A stretch of 49,513 nt of DNA, from assembly GCA_017882905.1 (NCBI GenBank), contig JADGOO010000108.1, forward strand, positions 1-49,513, in the 5' to 3' direction. The stretch comes from Acidimicrobiia bacterium (GTDB lineage Bacteria; Actinomycetota; Acidimicrobiia; IMCC26256; PALSA-610). The position numbers were made by a program, and so were the translations under genes. Below, piece after piece: positions 1-11,034 of this stretch. Under the pieces are notes generated by a model. The model saw only the letters and a program-made list of their open reading frames with translations, was not told the DNA's origin and did not search any database. Positions within the stretch are counted from its first letter, which is position 1, and each line of letters starts with the position of its first letter.

Positions 1-2
1 GC

Positions 3-389
3 TCAGGCGGCGATCAAGCTCGCGAGCGGCGGGATGTGATCGAAGCCGTGGGCGAGCAGCTCCACGTCGGCCTGCGCGTCACGCTCCGCGACGATGCCGC
101 GCGCGACGGTCGCGGCCCAACGAGCCACGCGCGTCACGCCCGTCTCGGGAAGCGCGGCGCCACCGCGCTCCGCGGCGCGCAGCACAGCTTGCGTCGCGCG
201 GTACCCGGCCAGTGCGGCATCGCGCCGTCGATGGGCGCGCCGCAGCATCGCCTCGATGTGGAGGAACGCCTTGGTGACGTCGATCTCCTCGGCGAGCGTC
301 GCCGTCATGGCGTCGATGTCGAGCGCCAGGGAACGAATGTCGTCGAGGCTCAAGCCTTCGAGCGCACCTACGAACTTGGCCAGCTCCAT
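3..389 (-). CDS. hypothetical protein (128 aa), downstream of ppx in the same operon orientation
   Basis: Complete ORF with natural amino-acid composition, in contrast to the overlapping Arg/Pro-rich antisense ORFs; no recognisable motif. Confidence 0.4.
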   Translation of the reverse strand: MELAKFVGALEGLSLDDIRSLALDIDAMTATLAEEIDVTKAFLHIEAMLRRAHRRRDAALAGYRATQAVLRAAERGGAALPETGVTRVARWAATVARGIVAERDAQADVELLAHGFDHIPPLASLIAA

Positions 390-485
390 GGTTACTTGAG
401 TCGGTCAGCCAGCGACGACCTGTAGGGGTCAGATGGCCGCAGGGTCAGATTGCCTTCGCCGGGCAGGCCGTTCGGCTGGACCGAT

Positions 486-1400
486 TCAGCCTGCGGCCAG
501 GCGCAGGGCGATGCCGTCGAGGATGTCGCTCTCGGAGCAGAGCATCTCGTCGAAGCCCCATTGCCGCAACACGCACACGGCGATGATCACCCCGCCCACG
601 ATCACATCGACCCGGCCGGGCTCGAGGCCCGGGTTGTGGCGCCGCTCCCGGATCGGTTCGGTGGCCAGAGTGCGAAAGATGTCCTCCGCCGCGTCGCGGG
701 TGAGCCGGAAGTGGTGGATGCGGTCGCGGTCGTAGGCGGCCAGGCCCTGTTCCACCGCGGCCATCGTCGAGACCGTGCCGGCCAAGCCGATCAACGTCTT
801 GGCCCCCGCCGCGCCGGGGATGATCCGGTCGACGTCGGCAAGGTGGTCGCGCACCACCGTCACCGCCGCGCTCAGCTCCTCGGGCGCGGGCGGGTCCGAG
901 TGCAGGAACTGCTCGGTGAGCCGCACGCACCCGATGTCGAGCGACACCAGGCCGTCGGGCGCGGTCGTGCCCACGACGAGCTCGGTGCTGCCGCCGCCGA
1001 TGTCGACCACGAGGTACGGACCGGGCGCGCTCAGATCGGCCGTGGCGCCGAGAAACGACAACGACGCTTCCTCCTCGCCAGCGATCACCTCGGGCCGCGT
1101 CCCGAGCGCCGCCGCGCACGCGTCGAGCAGCTCGCCGGCGTTGGCGGAGTCGCGCGCCGCGCTCGTGGTGACGGCGCGCACCGCGTCGACGCCGAGCTCG
1201 CCTATTGCCCCACTGAACTCGCGCAGCGCGTCGGCCACCCGTTCGATGGCTTCGGGCTGCAGGCGACGCGCGCTGTCGACGCCTTGGCCGAGCCGCGTGA
1301 TGCGCATCCTTCGATCGAGCGTGCGCACCGCGCCATCGACCACGTCGGCGACGAGCAGCCGGGTCGAGTTGGTACCCATGTCGACGGCGGCGACGCGCAT
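486..1400 (-). CDS. ppx: exopolyphosphatase / guanosine pentaphosphate phosphohydrolase (Ppx/GppA family)
   Basis: N-terminus MRVAAVDMGTNSTRLLVADV matches the actin-like ATPase fold motif of Ppx/GppA. ATG at 1400 overlaps the stop of the upstream DUF501 gene (TGATG). The ORF-track N-terminal extension (Arg-rich) was rejected. Confidence 0.8.
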   Translation of the reverse strand: MRVAAVDMGTNSTRLLVADVVDGAVRTLDRRMRITRLGQGVDSARRLQPEAIERVADALREFSGAIGELGVDAVRAVTTSAARDSANAGELLDACAAALGTRPEVIAGEEEASLSFLGATADLSAPGPYLVVDIGGGSTELVVGTTAPDGLVSLDIGCVRLTEQFLHSDPPAPEELSAAVTVVRDHLADVDRIIPGAAGAKTLIGLAGTVSTMAAVEQGLAAYDRDRIHHFRLTRDAAEDIFRTLATEPIRERRHNPGLEPGRVDVIVGGVIIAVCVLRQWGFDEMLCSESDILDGIALRLAAG

Positions 1401-1882
1401 CAGTCCTCCATGGCGGAGCTCGGGACGGGCGAGTTGGGGTCGAGGCGCTCGGCCACCCACGCGCCGACCGGATCAGCTCCACCCGCGAGCCAGTAGGCGT
1501 AGTGCGCGTGCAGGCACTTCACACCCGTGCGCGTGCCGCCCACACCACCATGCGGACGAGGACCTTGATGATGTGCGGGCAGCGCCGCGTCGCGCTCGGC
1601 GGCATACGCAGCGTGGGCCGCGTCGAGCGCAGACCGATCGACCGCGGCCTCGGCGGCGCGCACCCCGCCGGCCGCTTCGAGGCGAGCCACGCGCCGCCCG
1701 ACCGCCGGATCAGCCAGCCAGTAGCGGGTCGGCATCGGTGTGCCGTCGTGTGTGAGTGGCGCGTTGCGGATCACGATCGGTTCGCCACCGTCGCCGCGCA
1801 CCACGACCTCGAAATCGGCGGTCGGCACCCGCCCGAGGAGCATCGTGACGGCACGCACGTCGGCATCCGTGGCGGTCGGCAC
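1400..1882 (-). CDS. DUF501 family protein (Rv1025-like)
   Basis: 160 aa; lies between a septum-formation-initiator gene and ppx exactly as in the mycobacterial eno-ftsB-DUF501-ppx cluster; motif LHAHYAYWL. Confidence 0.7.
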   Translation of the reverse strand: MPTATDADVRAVTMLLGRVPTADFEVVVRGDGGEPIVIRNAPLTHDGTPMPTRYWLADPAVGRRVARLEAAGGVRAAEAAVDRSALDAAHAAYAAERDAALPAHHQGPRPHGGVGGTRTGVKCLHAHYAYWLAGGADPVGAWVAERLDPNSPVPSSAMED

Positions 1883-1912
1883 GGCGCCGAGTGTAGAGAC
1901 GCGGCGAACGCG

Positions 1913-3573
<1,661 letters not shown>

Positions 3574-3771
3574 TCACACGCACACGTGTTCGCTTCGCGC
3601 ACCCGCTCGCCGTTGGCTCGCGCCCGGCGGGCGGTTGTCGCTGACGCAATCAAGCGCGCGTGCTGCTGCGCAACTCAGCCTTGCCAGTGTGACGTTGTTG
3701 CACCGCAGGTTCCACATTCGAGTGCGCGCGAACGAGGTGACAGGACCCGCCACCGGGCCCACAGGAGCGCG

Positions 3772-4533
3772 CTAGCCGCTGGTGTTGCGCAGGAGGCTCA
3801 TCACTTCGCTCGGGATCGGGAACACGATCGTGGAGTTGTGCTCGGTGGCGATCTCGGCCATCGTCTGGAGCGTCCGCAGGTGCATGGCACCGGGGCTCTC
3901 GGCCAGCACGGTGGCGGCCTCGGCGAGCTTCTGCGACGCCTGCATCTCGCCTTCGGCGGCGATCACCTTGGCTCGCCGTTCGCGCTCCGCTTCGGCCTGG
4001 CGGGCCATGGCGCGTTGCATCTGCTCGGGCAGGCCCACGTCGCGGATCTCGACGAGGTCGACCTGCACTCCCCATTCCTCGGTCTGCAGGTCGAGCGCGG
4101 TCTTCAGCTCGGCGTTGATGCGGTCGCGCTCGCCGAGCAGCTGATCGAGCTCGTGGCGGCCGATGATGGCGCGCAAGCTCGTCTGCGCGACGAGCTGCGA
4201 CGCGTTGTACCAGTTCTGGATCTTGACCACGCTCGCAGCCGCGTCACGCACCCGGAAGTAGGCAACCGCGTCGACGGCAACGGTGACGTTGTCCTTGGTG
4301 ATCACCTGCTGGCTCGCGATCGGTACCGCTTGGGCTTGCAGGTTGACCTTGCGCATCTTGTCGAAGATCGGGACGATGAAGAACACGCCCGGGCCCTTCG
4401 CGCCCACGCAGCGGCCGAGCCGGAAGATCACCGCGCGTTCGTACTCCTGCACGATCTTGAGCCCGTTGATCAACACGAGCACGAGCACGATCAACAGCAC
4501 GACGACGATCGCTACGAAGGCAGGCATGGCCAC
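3772..4533 (-). CDS. SPFH/band-7 (stomatin-like) membrane protein
   Basis: N-terminal TM helix then IVQEYERAVIFRLGR...VDAVAYFRV...core typical of stomatin/HflK/C-type SPFH domains; C-terminal coiled coil rich in A/E/R. Confidence 0.8.
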   Translation of the reverse strand: MAMPAFVAIVVVLLIVLVLVLINGLKIVQEYERAVIFRLGRCVGAKGPGVFFIVPIFDKMRKVNLQAQAVPIASQQVITKDNVTVAVDAVAYFRVRDAAASVVKIQNWYNASQLVAQTSLRAIIGRHELDQLLGERDRINAELKTALDLQTEEWGVQVDLVEIRDVGLPEQMQRAMARQAEAERERRAKVIAAEGEMQASQKLAEAATVLAESPGAMHLRTLQTMAEIATEHNSTIVFPIPSEVMSLLRNTSG

Positions 4534-4569
4534 ATTGTCGTCGTCCGGGCCCGCCGACCCGCGGACCGT

Positions 4570-6033
4570 CTAGCTCTGGTGGACTTCGGCCCAGAGCGCG
4601 AGCACGTCGGCGGCGGGTGCGTGCTCGATGTCGAGGCCGCGAGCAGTGGCGGCATGTTCGAGCGCGCGCACATCGGCCTTGAACCGACTGGCGTAGCCCC
4701 GCAACGCCGACTCGGCGTCGACATCGATCGATCGCGCCAACGCGACCACGGCCGCGAGCACCTCGCCCACGGCGGCACTCTGCGCACTGCGGGGTGCGGC
4801 GGCGAGACGCGCGAGCGCGGCGGTGAGCCAGCGCTGCGGGTCGTGGTCGGCGGGGTCGACTCCGATCGCGGCGGCCTTGCGGAACAGCTTCGGCGTGTAG
4901 AGCAACGCGGGGAGTGCCTCGGGAAGCCCCTCCACGAGGCTCGTCGCGCCCAACTCCGCCTTTTTGATCTGCTCCCAGTTGCGCACCACGGCGTCGGCGT
5001 CGGCGGCTTCGACCTCGCCGAACACGTGCGGGTGTCGGCGCACGAGCTTCTCGTGGATGCCCCGCGCCACGTCGGCGACGGTGAAGGCGCCGGCTTCGGC
5101 GGCGAGCACGGAGTGGATGAACACCTGGAACAGCACGTCGCCGAGCTCGTCCTCGAGCGCCTCGTAGCTCCCCGGCGCGGGCTCCTGATCCCCTCCGGGA
5201 GCATCGACGGGGAGCGCCTCGATCGCCTCCACGACCTCGTAGGCCTCTTCGAGGAGGTGGCGAGCAAGGGAGTGATGGGTCTGCTTGGCGTCCCACGGAC
5301 AGCCGCCAGGGCCGCGCAGCCGCTCGGTGAGCTCGAGCAGCCGCACCATCTCGGCACCGACGGCAACCGTGCCAGTGTCGACGAACACGCTCGTGAGGTG
5401 ATCGGGCGTGACACTGCCGCGATCCAGATCGACGAGGTCGAGCGTGACCACGTGCTCGTCGCCGAGACCGAGGCGTTGCAGCACCACGACGGGGTGATCG
5501 GGCTCGAGCGCTTCGAGCAACGAGAGCTTCACGTCGGAGAGCACGAACGGCGAGTCGGCTTGCGCGAGCAGCAGCGCGCCGTGCGCGCCCGCGATGGCCT
5601 GACGCACGTTGTGCGCGTCGAGCACGCGGGCGTCGCGCGCCACTGGATCGATGCCGAGCGCCGACCAGGCGAGATCGGCGAACGACAGACCGGGGATCAC
5701 GACCACATCGACGGCTTCGTCGCGCAGCATCGCAACGGTGCGCTCCGCAATGGTGGGACTGCCCGGCACTGCGTACACGACGTCGTCGTGGCGCGCGACC
5801 TCCACGAGCCGGTCGACAATCGTGCGGTACGCCGTGTCGAGATCGGGAGCGGCCTCGTACACGTCGTCGAACGACTCGAACACCATGCCGGTGTCGACGA
5901 GCTCCACCACGGTGGGGTGGCGCGCCGTGCGCACGAACCGTTGCCGGGCCGACTCGAGCGCGCGACGCGCCGGAGGCAACAGGAGGTCGGCGCCCGCCGG
6001 GCCGAGTCCGACGACGGTGACCCGACCGGGCAC
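4570..6033 (-). CDS. mazG: fused tetrapyrrole-methylase-like / MazG nucleoside triphosphate pyrophosphohydrolase
   Basis: N-terminal VTVVGLGPAG...AVPGSP methylase-like fold; C-terminal MazG EEAYEVVEAIE...ELGDVLFQV motifs; positioned next to mfd as in mycobacteria (Rv1021). Confidence 0.8.
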   Translation of the reverse strand: MPGRVTVVGLGPAGADLLLPPARRALESARQRFVRTARHPTVVELVDTGMVFESFDDVYEAAPDLDTAYRTIVDRLVEVARHDDVVYAVPGSPTIAERTVAMLRDEAVDVVVIPGLSFADLAWSALGIDPVARDARVLDAHNVRQAIAGAHGALLLAQADSPFVLSDVKLSLLEALEPDHPVVVLQRLGLGDEHVVTLDLVDLDRGSVTPDHLTSVFVDTGTVAVGAEMVRLLELTERLRGPGGCPWDAKQTHHSLARHLLEEAYEVVEAIEALPVDAPGGDQEPAPGSYEALEDELGDVLFQVFIHSVLAAEAGAFTVADVARGIHEKLVRRHPHVFGEVEAADADAVVRNWEQIKKAELGATSLVEGLPEALPALLYTPKLFRKAAAIGVDPADHDPQRWLTAALARLAAAPRSAQSAAVGEVLAAVVALARSIDVDAESALRGYASRFKADVRALEHAATARGLDIEHAPAADVLALWAEVHQS

Positions 6034-6035
6034 GG

Positions 6036-6824
6036 CTAACCGCCGAGCAGCGTGGCCGCGGCCGTGGAGGTGGAGCGCTCGTTCTGCACAGTCGGTGCCG
6101 TCGGCGGGAACACGAACGCCGACGTGCCCTTGGCGTCGAACCGGCCGTAGCGCGGATCGACACTGATGTGGCCGTGGCGCACCGCATTCACGATCGCCGC
6201 GTTGACGGCCTGACCGGGCGTGGGCGAACCGAGTGCCTTGTCGAGCGCGCTCGACGCGGCATCGTGGCGCGCGAGCTCATCGATGAACCAGCTCGGGAAC
6301 CCGCGCAGGAGCTGCGGGCTGAGCTGCTGGGTGAGCGACGCGCGCGCCGTTGCGATGGCACTCGGAGCGACCACGACGTGGCGCGCCTCGAGCCCGTTGT
6401 CGACGATCCGGCTGATGATCAACGACTGCAGCCACTGTGCGGCCCACGCCGCGTCGATGTGGCCGTTGGCGTCGTAGTACTGATGCCCGGGCGACGCCGG
6501 CACACCCGACGTAGTCGCCTGATTCGCGAGCGCCGGGTTGTGCACGAACGCGTCGAGATCGCGCTCGAACGCGCGACGCGTCACCTCGTGGCCGTCGACC
6601 GTGGCGGCGGCCGCCTGGCGACGCGTGAGCAGGCCACCGGCGACTGTTGCCACGACGACCGCGACGATCGCGACGATCGCGACGATCGCGTACGGCGGAA
6701 GCGGTTCGCGCGCCGGGCGGACCAGCGGGCGGTACTCGTCGTCGTCGTCGCCGCCGTCGAGATCGACGGGCTCGAGATCGACCGGCTCGACATCACCGTC
6801 GATGTCATCGATGGGCTCGCTCAT
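6036..6824 (-). CDS. membrane-anchored hypothetical protein (acidic repeat tail, single TM, periplasmic domain)
   Basis: ATG at 6824 overlaps the mfd stop (TGATG). The cytoplasmic tail DIDGDVEPVDLEPVDLDGGDDDD precedes the TM helix YAIVAIVAIVAVVVATVAGGLL. The Arg-rich N-terminal extension in the ORF track (overlapping mfd) was rejected. Confidence 0.55.
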   Translation of the reverse strand: MSEPIDDIDGDVEPVDLEPVDLDGGDDDDEYRPLVRPAREPLPPYAIVAIVAIVAVVVATVAGGLLTRRQAAAATVDGHEVTRRAFERDLDAFVHNPALANQATTSGVPASPGHQYYDANGHIDAAWAAQWLQSLIISRIVDNGLEARHVVVAPSAIATARASLTQQLSPQLLRGFPSWFIDELARHDAASSALDKALGSPTPGQAVNAAIVNAVRHGHISVDPRYGRFDAKGTSAFVFPPTAPTVQNERSTSTAAATLLGG

Positions 6825-9800
6825 CAGGCAGACGAGCCTACCGGGGCCGCTTCGAGGGGCGCGATCTCGGAGAAGATGTCGAGCAGCGCACCCGCCTCGC
6901 CGCCCTTGGCCACCCCGCGCAACGGGATGACGACGCTCGTGCCGTTGACCACCGCGCTCGGGGCGAGGCGCTTCAGGCGGATCTCCTGGCTCTTGCGCAG
7001 CTCCCAGCCGTCGAGCCGCGCCCGGCCGTTGGTGACCGAGATCTCGACGATGCCGCGCTGCGCGGCGGCGACGCGCAGCCGGGCCACGCGCAGCAGCGCA
7101 GCGGCAGGATCCGGCAACGGGCCGTACCGGTCGATCCACTCCTGCTGCACGTCATCGACCTCGGCGTCGGACGTTGCCGCCGCAAGCCGCCGGTAGGCCT
7201 CCATGCGCACGTCGTCGCGTGCCACGTAGTCGCGCGGCAGGTTGGCGTCGCCGGGTACATCGATGCTCGCCGACGCGACCGGCGCGGCCTCTTCCCCGGT
7301 GAGCTCGCCGACCGCTTCGGTCACCATCTCCATGTAGAGGTCGAAGCCGACCGCCGCGATGTGGCCGTGTTGATCGGCGCCGAGCATGTTGCCGGCACCG
7401 CGGATCTCGAGATCGCGCATGGCGAGCTTGAAGCCGGAGCCGAGATCGGTGAACTCCCCGATGGCCTTCAAGCGCTCGTACGCCTCTTCGCTCAACGCAT
7501 GATCGGGCGGGTAGAGGAGATACGCGTAAGCGCGCGAGCCGCGGCGACCAACTCGGCCGCGCAGCTGGTAGAGCTGACCGAGACCGAGCACGTCGGCGCG
7601 GTCCACGACGAGCGTGTTCACGGTGGGCATGTCGAGCCCCGACTCGACGATGGTCGTGCACACCAACACGTCGGCTTCGTGCTCCCAGAACGCGGCGACG
7701 ACGCGCTCGAGCTTGCTCTCGTCCATCTGGCCGTGGGCGATCGTGACGCGTGCCTCGGGAACGAGCCGGCGCACGTCGTCGGCGACATGCTCGATGTCTT
7801 GCACACGGTTGTGCACGTAGAGCACCTGCCCCTCGCGCAGCAGCTCACGGCGGATCGCTTCCGACACGGCACGCTCGTCGAACTCACCCACGTACGTGAG
7901 GATGGGCTGGCGATCTTCGGGAGGCGTGTTCACGAGCGAGAGGTCGCGGATACCGGTGATCGACAGCTCGAGCGTGCGCGGGATCGGCGTGGCGGAGAGC
8001 GTGAGCACGTCGATGCCGTGGCGAACCTGCTTGATCTTCTCCTTGTGCAACACGCCGAAGCGCTGCTCTTCGTCGACCACGAGCAGACCGAGATCCTTGA
8101 AGTGCACGTCGCTCGACAGCAGGCGGTGCGTTCCGATGATCACGTCGACACTGCCGTCGGCAAGCCCGGCGATCACCTGCTTTTGTTCCTTGGCCGACAA
8201 GAACCGCGACAGCACCTCGACGCGCACCGGATAGTTCGCGAAGCGATCGCGAAACGTCTGACCGTGCTGCGTGGCGAGCAACGTGGTGGGCACGAGCACC
8301 GCAGCCTGCTTGCCGTCTTGCACCGCCTTGAACACCGCGCGCACGGCCACTTCGGTCTTGCCGAAGCCCACGTCGCCGCACACGAGGCGGTCCATCGGCA
8401 CGGGCCGTTCCATGTCGGCCTTCGTCTCCTCGATCGCCTTGGCCTGATCTGGCGTCTCCTCGTACGGAAAGGCGTCTTCCACCTCGTGCTGCCAGGGTGT
8501 ATCGGGCGCGAACGGATGACCCGCGGTGGCGAGCCGGCGCCGGTAGAGGATCACGAGCTCCGCCGCGATGTCGCGCACGGCCTTGCGCACCTTGGCGCGC
8601 GTCTTCTCCCAGTCGGCGCCGCCCATCTTCGACAGCTTCGGCGCGTCGCCGCCGGTGTACTTGCGGATGATGTCGATCTGATCGGTGGGGACGTACACGC
8701 GCTCGTTGCCGCGGAACTCGACCACGAGGTAGTCGCGGGTGAAGCCGAACATCGTGCGCTCGACCATCTCGCTGTAGCGCCCGATGCCGTGCTGGCGATG
8801 CACGACGTAGTCGCCGGGCGCGAGACCTTCGTAGAGATCGACGCCCTTGCGCGCGCCGCGCGGCTTGCGGTGCACGCGGCGGCGGCCCGTGAGGTCGGCC
8901 TCGGCCACGAGCGCGAGCTGCAACGACGGGAAGATGCCGCCGCGATCGAGTGGCGCGGCGATGACGTGCACACCCGAGCGTTCGAGGATCGGCGAACCCG
9001 CCGGAACGCCTTCGTACACGTCGGCCATCACACCTTCGCCGGCGAGCACTTCGGCGATGCGCTGTGCGCTCCCGCTGCCCTCGGCGCAGATCAGCACGCG
9101 GTAGCCGTCGGCCCGCAACCGCTCGAGGCGGGAGACGAGCGCATCGGTGTCGCCGACGACGGGATCGAAGGGCGTCGCCACGAGCTGGGGCGTGTCGGGC
9201 GAGTCGGGAGTGGCGAGCAGCGGCGCCCAGCCGGCCGGCGAGTCGGCCAGGATCCGGTCGAAGGGAAGGCTGAGGCGCGGGAAGGCCGTATGTGCCTCTT
9301 CGGTCACGCCCCAGGTGGGCGCGAGCGCGGCCGCGAGGCTCGCCTCTTCGTCGAGCAGCTCCTGGGCCCGGTCGCGCAGCCGGCGCGGTTCTGCCATGAG
9401 CACCAACGCGCCGGCCGGCAGCAGATCGGGCAGGAGGTGATCGGAATCGCAGAGCCACGGCAGCCAGCTCTCCATGCCGTCGAACACGTTGCCCTCGGCG
9501 AGGCGCTCCCACTGCTCGGCGCCCCATGGCTCGGTGCGCAGCAACACGCTCGCCCGAGCGCGCACCTCGTCGGTGGGCAGCAGCTCACGCGCCGGAAAGA
9601 TCGTGAGCAGCTCCACGTCGTCGGTGCTGCGCTGGTCGGCCACCGAGAAGTGCGACAGGCGTTCCACCTCGTCGCCCCAGAGATCGACGCGCACGGGATG
9701 GTCGGCGGTGGTCGGATACACGTCGACGATGGAGCCGCGCACGGCCACTTCGCCCCTGCTCTCCACCTGGTACTCGCGCCGGTACCCGATCGCGACGAGG

Positions 9801-10276
9801 TCGCGTACGAGCTCGTCGCGGTCGACCTGCGCGGCGCGGCGCACGACGATGGGCTCCACGTCTTCGACGTGCGGACCGAGGCGCTGCACGATGGCGCGCA
9901 CCGGTGCCACGATCGCGGCGGGAAGGTGCTCACCACCCACGCGCAAACGCCACATCACCCGCAGCCGGCGGCCCATGGTCTCGAGCGCGGGCGACACCCG
10001 TTCGAACGGCAACGTCTCCCACGCCGGGAAGAGCTCCACTCGATCGGTGCCGCAGAACAAGCCGAGGTCGTGGGCGACCCGTTCGGCCTCGGCCTGTGTC
10101 GGCACCACCACGAGCACGGGTGAGCGGGCTGTCGTACGGCTGATCGCCGCAGCGAACAGCGCCCGCGCCGATTCGCCGACCGCGACCGCGCGGCCGTTGC
10201 CGCCCGACGCCACCACGAGGGCGTCGTCGGCGGCGGCGAGCGGCGGAAGACCGGAGAGGGGTGCGAGTGACGGCAT
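6824..10276 (-). CDS. mfd: transcription-repair coupling factor
   Basis: About 1150 aa; internal DEAD/DEAH helicase motifs (GDVGFGKTEVA, LVVDEEQRFGV), TRG motif region and UvrB-homology N-terminus; start taken at MPSLAPLSG. Confidence 0.9.
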   Translation of the reverse strand: MPSLAPLSGLPPLAAADDALVVASGGNGRAVAVGESARALFAAAISRTTARSPVLVVVPTQAEAERVAHDLGLFCGTDRVELFPAWETLPFERVSPALETMGRRLRVMWRLRVGGEHLPAAIVAPVRAIVQRLGPHVEDVEPIVVRRAAQVDRDELVRDLVAIGYRREYQVESRGEVAVRGSIVDVYPTTADHPVRVDLWGDEVERLSHFSVADQRSTDDVELLTIFPARELLPTDEVRARASVLLRTEPWGAEQWERLAEGNVFDGMESWLPWLCDSDHLLPDLLPAGALVLMAEPRRLRDRAQELLDEEASLAAALAPTWGVTEEAHTAFPRLSLPFDRILADSPAGWAPLLATPDSPDTPQLVATPFDPVVGDTDALVSRLERLRADGYRVLICAEGSGSAQRIAEVLAGEGVMADVYEGVPAGSPILERSGVHVIAAPLDRGGIFPSLQLALVAEADLTGRRRVHRKPRGARKGVDLYEGLAPGDYVVHRQHGIGRYSEMVERTMFGFTRDYLVVEFRGNERVYVPTDQIDIIRKYTGGDAPKLSKMGGADWEKTRAKVRKAVRDIAAELVILYRRRLATAGHPFAPDTPWQHEVEDAFPYEETPDQAKAIEETKADMERPVPMDRLVCGDVGFGKTEVAVRAVFKAVQDGKQAAVLVPTTLLATQHGQTFRDRFANYPVRVEVLSRFLSAKEQKQVIAGLADGSVDVIIGTHRLLSSDVHFKDLGLLVVDEEQRFGVLHKEKIKQVRHGIDVLTLSATPIPRTLELSITGIRDLSLVNTPPEDRQPILTYVGEFDERAVSEAIRRELLREGQVLYVHNRVQDIEHVADDVRRLVPEARVTIAHGQMDESKLERVVAAFWEHEADVLVCTTIVESGLDMPTVNTLVVDRADVLGLGQLYQLRGRVGRRGSRAYAYLLYPPDHALSEEAYERLKAIGEFTDLGSGFKLAMRDLEIRGAGNMLGADQHGHIAAVGFDLYMEMVTEAVGELTGEEAAPVASASIDVPGDANLPRDYVARDDVRMEAYRRLAAATSDAEVDDVQQEWIDRYGPLPDPAAALLRVARLRVAAAQRGIVEISVTNGRARLDGWELRKSQEIRLKRLAPSAVVNGTSVVIPLRGVAKGGEAGALLDIFSEIAPLEAAPVGSSA

Positions 10277-10338
10277 GGGTTCAGGTGCGCGGCGACGTCC
10301 CGGGGAGCCACGTGGCAACCCGGGTCGCGGTGACCACG

Positions 10339-10932
10339 CTACCCAGCCACCTCCAACGCTCGGCGCAGACGATCTCGGTCACGCACGCGCGTCGGCGCGA
10401 GGATCGTGACCACCCGAGCGACTCGAGCGTGCGTGGTCAAGCCTCGGTCGACGGCCGCGGCCACGAAGCCGGCGAGCGCATCGATGTCGTAGCGCGCCGA
10501 CACGTCGCCGATCGCGCGCTCGATCGAGCACGTGGGGATGGCGCGCACGACCACGATCTCGGCTCGGGAGATCGCGGCACTGCGATGCCACACGACGTCG
10601 GTGGCGCGCAGGCGGCGGTCGGGCGGGGTGGTCACCTCCACACGGTCGGGCATGGCCAGCGGCAGGCCGAACAGCCAGCACGCGGTCTCGTGCGAGGCGA
10701 ACGCGCCCCGCCCCGCGCTCAGCACGGCCGCGAGCACCGACTGCTCGGCGGAGGGCGGCACCGCCGTCACGCGGTACACGGCCCGGCGCACCGGCTCGAG
10801 CAGCCCCTTCGTGCAGCGATGCTCGACTTGATGGATCGTCATACCCAACGAGCGGGCTTGGGCGAGGGTGACGAGACCCCACTGACGGGAGCAGAGCTCC
10901 GCGACGCGCCGATCGACGGTGTCGACGACCAC
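10339..10932 (-). CDS. AbiEi_4-like / DUF559-associated N-terminal domain protein (short, solo)
   Basis: 197 aa; N-terminal wHTH-like segment ELCSRQWGLVTLAQARSLGMTIHQVEHRCTKGLLEPVRRAVYRV, typical of the AbiEi antitoxin-like N-domain that heads DUF559 proteins in actinobacteria; no DUF559 nuclease core follows. Confidence 0.5.
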   Translation of the reverse strand: MVVDTVDRRVAELCSRQWGLVTLAQARSLGMTIHQVEHRCTKGLLEPVRRAVYRVTAVPPSAEQSVLAAVLSAGRGAFASHETACWLFGLPLAMPDRVEVTTPPDRRLRATDVVWHRSAAISRAEIVVVRAIPTCSIERAIGDVSARYDIDALAGFVAAAVDRGLTTHARVARVVTILAPTRVRDRDRLRRALEVAG

Positions 10933-11034
10933 GTGACTTCCTCCTGTGCCGGAGCGCGACAGATCAGGGGGAAGAACGGGGAAGTACCCGCCACGCTATC
11001 GGAGGCGCGCCCGCCGCCCAATCGCGGCGGAGGG

